Shown here piece after piece: positions 54,766 to 64,000 of a stretch of DNA of 64,000 nt. The notes beneath the pieces are model-generated. The model saw only the letters and a program-made list of their open reading frames with translations. It was not told the origin of the DNA and did not search any database. Position numbers and translations under genes: made by a program. The stretch comes from Camelus ferus (Eukaryota): positions 65,536,001 to 65,600,000 of the forward strand of contig NC_045697.1 of the NCBI RefSeq assembly GCF_009834535.1, in the 5' to 3' direction. The first letter of the stretch is position 1. The number at the start of each line of letters is the position of its first letter.

Positions 54766-56490
54766 GGAAGAACCTGGGGTTTCAGTTGACAATTTATTGA
54801 CTGTAGATCAATTTGAGAAAAATTTGTATCTTTATAACATTGAGTCTTTGATTAATAAACATGATATACCTGTCCATTTATTTAATCTGCATTTATTTCA
54901 CTCAAAAAAGTTTTACAGATTTTCATGTAGAGATCTTCCACAACTTTATTTCTGGATATTTGATATTTTTAATGCTATTGCAAATGACATGTGTACTTTT
55001 TAATTCCATGTTTTAAGTGTCTGTTACTGACTGATATATGCATATCTGATTATTTTAGAACATTGACTTTGTACCACAGTGATAACTAACATATTAATTT
55101 TAGTAATTTATCCCATATTCTCTTGGGTTTTCTACATACATATTCTTATCATCTCTAATCCATAAGTTTTATTTCATTCTTTCCAATTCTTAAGTAATTT
55201 TTCTTTCTTTTTATTTATTTTTTGACTTGTTGCACTACACTGTTTAGTACTTTCAATTAAAAATTGAACAGAAGCAGTAACAACTTGCAGCCATTAAAAA
55301 TGTTTATTCTGTTAATAAGTATGACATTTGCTGTAGGCTTCCTGAAAATATTCTTTGTGAGGCTAAGAAAGGTTTTTTATTTCTAGTTTGTTGAAGTATT
55401 TCTAGGTTTTCAGTTTTCCTAAATGACTGGATGTTGAATTTTAGCTGTGCCTTTTCTACTTCCACCAAGATGATTATACAGTTTTTCTCCTTTATAGTAC
55501 TAATGTAATGAATTTTACTGATTGATTTTTAAATGCCAAACCAACCTTTGCTTTCACTTAATAAACTCAACATGCTTATTTATTTCTTTATTGTAATTTT
55601 CAGTTTACTAATTTATTTAAGTCTTTATTAAAACTCTACAATCACATGAAAGATTGGCCTGTAATTTTCCTTTCTTGGAATGACCTTTTCAGATTTTGTT
55701 ACCAAAATTGTGCCTTCTTTATAAAATGTATAGAATAGTGCCTCGCTTTCTTCTAATTTCAGAAAGAGTTTGTGTAAAATTAGAGTTAATTATTTCTAAA
55801 ATATTCAATAGATTTTTCCAGGAAGGCCACTGGCCTTAAATATTTTTTGTGGGTAAGTTTTAATTGTGGATGCAAGGTCTTTAATAGTAAAAAGATCATT
55901 AAAATTTTCTATTTATTTTGAAGGTAATTTTTCTAAGAATTTATCCATATCATCTCAGTTTTCAAATTAACTGGCATAGAACTGTACATAAGATCCTCCT
56001 CTTTTTATCTTTCCAATGTCTGTAACATCTGTAACAATGTACCCTTTTTATTTCTGTTACTGTATTTTTTTGTGCCTTTACTTACTTTCTTGATCCATTG
56101 CAACAGCTTTTCGTAGATCTCTTCAAAGGACCAAACTTCTGTTGGATCAGCCTTCTCTGTTGTATTTTTTGTCTATTTTACTAATTTTTGTTCTTTATTT
56201 ATTATGTCCTTCCTTTGTTTTTTGGGTTTAACGTGCTGCTTTTTTTAAACTTCTTGAAACTGATGAGTAGCTCATTGATTTCCAGACTCCTTTTCTCATG
56301 TAAGTTATGAATTTCCCTTTAAATACATATTTAGCTGTATCCCATCGGCCATCAAAACCTGTGGAGTTTTGGTATGGAGTATTTTATTGTCATTAAATTC
56401 AAAATATTTTTATTTCTCTTGTGATTTTTCTTCAACCCATGGCTTAATGGAATTGTAATTATTGATTTCCAAGCATCTGAGAATTTTCTG
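54235..56490 (-). mobile_element. Old L1 ORF2 remnant, probable continuation of 45605-46565
   Basis: tgcattttgtgctctgttcaaaaaatcttttgctacc is what normally follows gtagtcaaatttattgatcttt in reverse L1; further RT-like segments run to ~56490. Confidence 0.72.
54735..54760. repeat. (AC)13 microsatellite
   Basis: Read directly from the sequence. Confidence 0.95.
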
Positions 56491-57519
56491 GTTTTCTTTG
56501 TCCCACCCCTATTTGGCAAGCCCTGAGACCTAATTTTTATAGCCATTTAATTTTGAAGGCTTTCAAAAACATTGCTCAGCATTGCAGTTTCTTACCTTCC
56601 TATTGTTAAATTGGCATTTATCCCTCAGAGAAAAGCAGTCCTAAATACCAAGTCACATTTCTAGATTATCTTCTTCTCCAAGATCTTGATCTTCAAAATT
56701 TTTTACTGCTTCTTGGCTCTCAAATACATTATATGTTCGATTTTTCTAGTAGTGGGAGGATTGTTCTGAATTCCAGAATTAGAAGTCAAGACTCCCATTA
56801 CTTTTAGTATTTGGTTTTTAAGTGCAGGTCTTGAACAAAATGTCATTTTATTTAGATTTCACAAGAATATTTGAATTGCTTGAGTTTCAGTTTTTCTGTC
56901 ACAGATAAAGAAAGCTCAACAAGCATTCATTCATGTGGGTGATAACAACCCTAATCAAGGTTAAAGACTTCATGGACGGACACAAACCTTCAGTTAGCCT
57001 TTCAGTTATGAATTTATTGTCCTACTGTTGTTATATTTATGAACATCTTGCAGTATTTAGTTATCATCTTGTTCATATTTTATTATTATTTTTTAATTAG
57101 TCATTTGTCTTGGAAGTCCCCATTTGGTTTAAAAATAAATATTTTCTTTTGCTTTCATCTTTTAAAAGCTGAGTGAATATTTCCTTCTCTTTGAAGAAGT
57201 ATCTAAAATGCATTATAACTGCTTTTGGAAAATGTGTTCCAGAGATCAGAGGTTAGCCTTTTTTGAGTATATTACATCAGGAAAATAGCTCAGGCCATAC
57301 CCAAAGGGCATGTTTGCACTATACTGAAAATTTAGAGATATTATACAGTGAGAATTTGTGGCTGACATAAAAATCTGCCCTATGTGATAATTAATTGAAT
57401 CCTATTAAGCCATTCACATATTGATGTACCTAGGCGAATGTAGTATTATATCTCTTTATTTCTACTCTTAGTATAAACCTAATTTATTTTAGAAGGATTG
57501 TTAACGTCATATAAAACAT

Positions 57520-59190
57520 ATATTCATTTAACAAATATTTACTCACCTAATATGAGGCAGGAACTGTTCCTATACTAGAAACTATACTATAAGGAAGAGG
57601 AAAAAAACAAAAATACATAAAATATATGATAAATTATGATTTAATAAAAAGAAGGTGACTGAAAGAATGGGGTTGTGGGACATTACTTTAGATAGAATGG
57701 TGATAAGATGTTTGTGAAGTATCTGAAGAGAAGCTTAAATAAATTATAGGGAAAATCATTTTTAAATGAAAGAAGAGAATTCCAGACCTAAAAATTGCAA
57801 GTGCAAAGGCCCTAAGACAGAAATCAACATAGCTTCATATAAAAAATTGTGAGAAGGCCATTGAGAGAGTAAAAAAAGATAAGTCAGGAAGTAAATCTGA
57901 GATCAGTTCATGTAAGACCTGGTAGGTCTTGGTAGAGATTTTCTTCCTTTCTGCGAGTCTCAGTAATCTGAGTTTTGATCAGGGGAGTATCATGATTTCA
58001 TTTTCATTTTTAAAGAGCACCACGGTGGTAGACACAGGAGTGGTAGTGCCTAGAATGTAAGCAAGCAAAGCACTGAAGCAGTTCAGGAGTACGACGAAGC
58101 TGTGACCGCACTGGAAGTGTTAGCCGATGGAGACCTGAATCGGAAAGGCCACCAGATGTGTGAGCGTCCCCCCTAAACGTGTGGGTCCTTTCCTGCCAAT
58201 TGAGAAAGAATTGATACAGAGAGATAAAGTGAAAAAGAGAAGAAGAAAAATAAAAAAGAGCTTCTTTTTTTCTCAGAGAGAGAAGGGAAAAAAAAGAAAA
58301 CACTCGAGAGGGCAGCCAATAGCCAGGTAGCTGGTGGAGACAGCTCCAGACTCCAGTCTGTCCACAGGGTCTTTTATTGGAAGCCCCTGCCATCGTTATC
58401 TTTATTCCAGTGGTGCCAGTCATCTTTTTTTAAGGCTCTTTCCTCTCCTGGAGTTCAGCCCTTAAACAGAAACTTCTGTGAATAAAAAGGGAACAAAGAA
58501 GGAGATACTGGGGTGTCCTTGGGACTGATGTAGCAGTCGTGGAACATAAAATGTCTTGCTGCATGGCTGCGTCCTTGCAACCAAGGTGCCAGCTGTGGGA
58601 TAAAAGAAACAACTTGTTTTTTAACAGCCTGCCACTTTTTCCCCTTGTTGTTAACCAGCCAGGGTCAGTAAGCCTGCCTCCTCACCTCTCTCAGAAGTGA
58701 TGAGATGAGGTAGGACTTGGTATGTAGTTTGAAGGTAAAGGTGACAGGACTTGCTACAAGAGGATGTAGGAAAATTTCTAAGTATTTGGTCTGAGAAATA
58801 GAGTGAAGAGGGGGTGCTATTCCCTGAAATAGTGCGGACTGAGGTGTTAATTCAGGAGTGAAAATAAAATGTTCTGGCTCAGGTATGATAAGTATCAGAT
58901 GCTCATTAGATTCCAAGTGGAAATTATGTAGGCATTTATCTATAGCTCTGGAGAGTGAGAGCTTGAAATATAAATCTGAGAGTTATCAAAGTACAGTATA
59001 GATGATATTCAGCGTCAGGGGACTTGAGATTAGCTGGCGGGGGCGATGTGAACAGAGAACAGAAGCAATCTGAAGAATGAGCCCAAGGGCATACCAACAT
59101 TTAGAAGATGAAGAAGAAGATTCCACAAGACTGTAGAAAAGTGGCTAGTCAGTTAGGAGTAGAACAAAACAAATGTGATGGTACTGAAAC
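57520..59190 (-). mobile_element. L2 LINE interrupted by a solo LTR
   Basis: Reverse L2 3' end attcatttaacaaatatttactcacctaatatgaggcagg; the body continues after 58697 (ttgaaggtaaaggtgacaggacttgct). Confidence 0.8.
58118..58693 (-). mobile_element. Solo LTR (576 bp), probably ERV1 class
   Basis: TG at 58118-58119 and CA at 58692-58693, with perfect 4-bp TSD GAAG at 58114-58117 and 58694-58697, interrupting an L2. CpGs are retained. Orientation is inferred and less certain. Confidence 0.85.
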
Positions 59191-59604
59191 CAACAGTGGT
59201 ATGTGTGTTCCCAAGATTAATAATAACCTCTGATTCTAGGGAATTTAACAAAAAATAATCTTTCAATATTACTCACTAAACTAGTATTAATAGTATTAAT
59301 ATAGCCTAACTAGTGAATAATCAAACTCTTGGATATAAAGTGTACACCTGTAGTTATAATAAGAGGATAATTAATTCTAGGGTTGAAAAAAAAGGTGGAA
59401 TAAATACCATTCAAACATGTTATACTAAATACTTATCATGCTGCTTTTTGACTTGGGTCTCATATAGTCTCATAAATGGAATCAAATATGAAGTGATGAA
59501 CATAAACAAAATACAGAGATCCATGCTGCTGTTATGTATAAAGACTTATCACTACTTAGAAGTTAACTTGGTACTGAATGTGTATGACCTCAGACTTTCA
59601 ATGA

Positions 59605-59787
<183 letters not shown>

Positions 59788-60282
59788 TAAGTAGACAAAG
59801 ATTCTAGTTGACATGAGAAATGGCAGGAGTGGCCAAAGCTATTTAAAGAAGTATACGATGTCTGATAATAAATTTTCAACTTCCTTTTAAGCAAAGGCTT
59901 GATTTTGTGATATGTAGATAATACAACATAGTCCAACTCCTGAGAAAATGGTATTGGTTGAGCATTATTTTTTAATAAAATAAAATTCTGGGTATAATTT
60001 GAATATTGCTTACCACATTTTCTTGGAAGCATAACACATTCAGAATTTTAACTTCCATAAAATATGATTCTGTCTGGGCAAATTATGATAAAGGACAGAG
60101 AAAGGATTCATTATCAAAATATATTTATTTCAACTTTGACACCATCAGTCTTTGCTTTGAGTCTGTCCCATTATGCACTGAGTAAATAGGTGGAGAGCCA
60201 TTGGATTATGACAGACGGATGATAGGTAGGGAGACAGAGAGAGAGACAGTAACTATCAAGACATGAAACTACACTGTCTCCT

Positions 60283-60360
60283 TGCATTATAGCTAATGTG
60301 CTCATTATTGCGGCTGTTTCTCCAGCGCAGTGGTAGTAAATTGTCATTAGCTATGGTGTA
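60283..60360 (+). other. Candidate intronic RNA hairpin (78 nt)
   Basis: tgcattatagctaatg pairs with cattagctatggtgta (16 bp, 3 G-U); an inner stem of ~16 bp closes a 6-nt loop. Confidence 0.45.
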
Positions 60361-61159
60361 CCTTAAATCCTAAATGCTGTTTAAGTCAGTATTCCATTTC
60401 ACAAATAACTTTCCCATGAGCCCTGAGAACCCAGAGGCCTTTGACTTACCCTGGCAAGTTTGGCTTATGTGGTTTCAGGCCATAAGGTCAGCACCACAAT
60501 ACAACTTCTGCCTTACTAAAACACAATGTTCTCTATATTGGTTTCAGAAAATTCTTTCTGAAAATGTTTTCTTCATCCAAAAACAAGGTAGTGTGAATTT
60601 TCCTAAAGTTAAAAAACATTCATTTCTCAACAAAACTGACAGCTCAAAATTATAATAATTAGATTTGTCAAGAAATTTATTTGGGATTTTATTTGTCCTT
60701 AAGAGAAAAGATGAGTTGCTCTCGCCTTTAAAAAAGTATGTCAATGAATTCCATTAGTAGTTACAAAATTATTACAGCACAATACTAAAAATTCAAGAAT
60801 TAATGATCTACAAAGAAATAGGTAATTTTTCTTCAATTGCTTGTAGTATATAAATTGCAATCCCAAAATTCATCTAATAATAGTAACAGTCAGTTATTTC
60901 ATCCATTTGCTAAAATGATGTTTCCAACGTCTCTCATCAGATCATACCCTTCAAGTTGTTTTCCCAATTATTTCTTTGGCACAGAACCTTCAGGCCCTCT
61001 CAACTTACTACCCTTTGAGCCAGTTCTGTGTGCCATAAGTGATCTAGAGTGAAGCTCATGGAAGATTTAAACTGATGACCCCATCAGAATCCTATTCTAA
61101 GCAACAAAGAAAATAATTACAAAATTCCAAGAAATCAATGAATTAGTAAAATTATGAAG

Positions 61160-61405
61160 TTAATAATTAACGTTTATTGAGCATTCACAAGATGCCAGAC
61201 TTTGTGCTAAATGTTTGACATGCACTGACTCATTTAAAACTTACAACCATCTTTTGAAATACGTACCAGGTATTAATAACCCATTTTAGAACTGAAGTTG
61301 AAAAGATAAGTAACTTGCAAATCATGCAGCTATTAAGTAATTTATTAAAGACCAGACCTTAAATCTGTCTCATTCCTGAACCTAGATTCTAACTATACCA
61401 TACTA
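61160..61405 (-). mobile_element. MIR SINE
   Basis: taacgtttattgagcattcacaagatgccagactttgtgctaaatg...ccattttag...taagtaacttgc. Confidence 0.8.
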
Positions 61406-64000
61406 AGTCCTCATTCCACACCCTTGTACATTTGTATGGCCAGTTGTTTTAGGGAACATTATAAATGATGTGTCATAGACTTACTCTAAGCATAGTGATG
61501 TAAAAGAATGACAGTCTTCAAATCCTCAGTTTGTTTGAGGAAATAAAATATCAAAAGTTAGGAGATTTTTTTGTGTTGGACCAATTCTGTAGGCATAAAT
61601 CCCAAGATCAGCCAATTACATCTATAATTGATACCTGCCATTCAAAGTAAGATTGCTCAGCATATCCAGTCAATAGTAATCACATTAAGAAAAAGTCTTA
61701 AAAATTTTAAACAGAACATTTTATTTCACTAATATACCTGTCAGCAATTATGTTTAACTTATATTTTGAGTGTACTTAAACTAAAAACCTATGTAACTCA
61801 GATCTGACTTTGAAACACTTTTAAATAAGTAAATGAAAAATATAAATAAAATGATTGACTTTATACAGCATATGACAATAACAATCATAATAATACAAAT
61901 TACAGATACATTCACTGAGAATTTATTATCAACTTATTAAGCTAATTTATTGAGTTTAATGCTCAAGATCACACAATCAATAGTGTCAGAGCTGGAAATC
62001 TAACCCACATCAGTCCGATACCAATCCATGACCTTACGTACTGGTTTTTCCTTATGTTGTAATTTGTCTCTTGGTGGTTCTTACAATTTGTTTGCTTGAT
62101 CCACTGCTTCACTGAGGTTGCAGACCTCATGATGTGTGTATATCGGAGCTATGTAGTCATTTCTAACTTTGCCAGCATTAATTTGTGTTTAGACTTTCAT
62201 GCAGTAGCAGTGGGAACAAAAGCCTCTATCAAATTTTTACATCCATAGATTTTTTTAAAGTAAAATCTAATGGAAAAAGATAATAATTGCACATGATGTT
62301 TCCCTCAAGTGTAGTTCCACAATCCAAAATAACTAAGCATTCATTTTTTAAAAAAAATTATTTCTTTCTAATGCCAACTGACATTATGAAAAGTCAATAG
62401 TGGGTATAATAAATCTCCCCTTCATTCTAATCTTATCACTAGACTGATTATGAAAGGGGAAAATCAGAGCCAAATAAGTTTTTTTAAAAACCTGATTCTC
62501 TCCCCAAACTTAAAGATATCTTCTAATTTCATGCCTCAGCTGTGTTGGTAAACGTAATTGCAATGTTTCTTGGAAACATTCAAAGTTCCATTTGGAAATA
62601 ATGTCAAACTTTCCAAGTCTAAATTTTCTTAGAAAAAACAAAAACTTTTTTCCACAGTATCATTCAATATCATGCTTCGTAATTGTTTATATTCACAAGG
62701 TTTGCTCATGATTAAATAAAGCAACACTCATCTGTGTACCTTTTCCCAGCCCAATTTTGCCGTGCCATTAGCAAACATATACCAATCACATCTTTATCTC
62801 TAAAACTCAAGTCACTTCTCCACACCAGGAAGGGCCGAGGTGGTTAGAGGTATGTCAGTGAAAGAGAGAGATTGGAAAGCAGCTACTTTTAAACAAGTGG
62901 TTAACAGAAACTCATAGTTTGGTAGGAGAAATCCAATAGATTTATTCTTCGAAAGTTGAATATATTTTATAAAATTTACCCCTTTTTCAAAATTAGATAT
63001 TTATTGGCATCTAACCTTCTGGTGGCACTTGCCTTTAATAAAAGTTTTGAAAGTGAAATTTCCCTGGAGAAGATAACTCAAAATTTTAATTTCATATCCC
63101 TTCAGTGATGGGGCAGCCCAACATAACCATGTTCTGCAGCTTGGTATGATGTGATGTGGCAGGTTGCGACACACTCTTGATATATACAGTTCAGTTTCTA
63201 AAAAGGAAAGTATGTGTAATTTCTATAAGATTCTAATGACATCTGGGCTTTTTCATTGTCACTGAACAGTAACAACACATAGCTAAATTGTTTTCAAATA
63301 CTTAGAAAATGGAATGTACTCTTCCCTGTTGGCAACCAAGTTAAAAGTGGCTATGGTGAAATGGAGCATGTGAAGCTTTGAAGGTATTTTCAGAATAAAT
63401 ATTGGATAATAGCATCATCAACATGAACTGTATTAGTCTTTATTGTGATGCAATTTTCAAAACCATACTTATTTCACATATAAAAGTGAAAAGAGCTGGG
63501 GGAAAACCATAGTTGTATGGTTATAGTCATTAATAACTTTACAGTCAGATTGGTCTGTGATCCAGTCAACTTGAGGTCTTTCATGTTCTAGGGCAATAAG
63601 TAAACTTGGGTCTATTCAAAGAGATCCCAACATCCTTCCATATTTTTATGTTTAATGCATTTATTCTTCATAAGGGTTGAGGTTGGGCTAAACAAAATAC
63701 TGAGTTAATGCAGCCACTGAAGCAAACTAATTTTGGATTTCTTCCCAAGCATATGCAAAAAGAGCTTCATAAATATTCTATTCACTGGAGGAGACCACAT
63801 TTTCCCCTCCCATACCAGTAACAAGATTTTTGCATTCATATTTGTCTACATTTGGGAAAGGAAAAAAAAATACTGAGCTGTTGTTTTTCTCAGTTCTACA
63901 CAGTGAGGATCACTGGGCTTAGAACTCTACGTCTGTCTCCCAGTCTGGGGAAAGAGAGAATGGTAGCAACTGACAGGTGTTCTCTAATGAAACGATTTAT

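Noticed and set aside
58010..58423. 137-aa minus-strand ORF
   Set aside because: It spans the solo LTR/L2 junction and low-complexity purine tracts, with no domain-like sequence.

Overview
AT-rich mammalian genomic DNA. The L1 tails and the absence of young SINEs point tentatively to a camelid-type cetartiodactyl. The window lies inside the GRID2 gene (glutamate receptor delta-2, GluD2) on the + strand. It holds two coding exons: 18671-18983 (end of S1 ligand-binding segment, M1, M2) and 59648-59786 (M3 with the SYTANLAAF gate), separated by a 40,664-bp intron. The rest is intron filled with decayed repeats: L2, MIR, MaLR/ERVL remnants, a CR1/L3 fossil, several L1 3' ends, a nested ~11-kb antisense L1 cluster with a near-full-length dead L1, and a relatively young solo LTR with intact TG..CA ends and a 4-bp TSD. 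No novel protein-coding system is supported. The best leads are a candidate recursive splice site with a poison exon near the middle of the long intron, a strand-specific 78-nt RNA hairpin downstream of the M3 exon, and short copies of nearby DNA inserted into (TA)n tracts. Repeat boundaries and subfamily names were judged by eye and are approximate unless a TSD is given.
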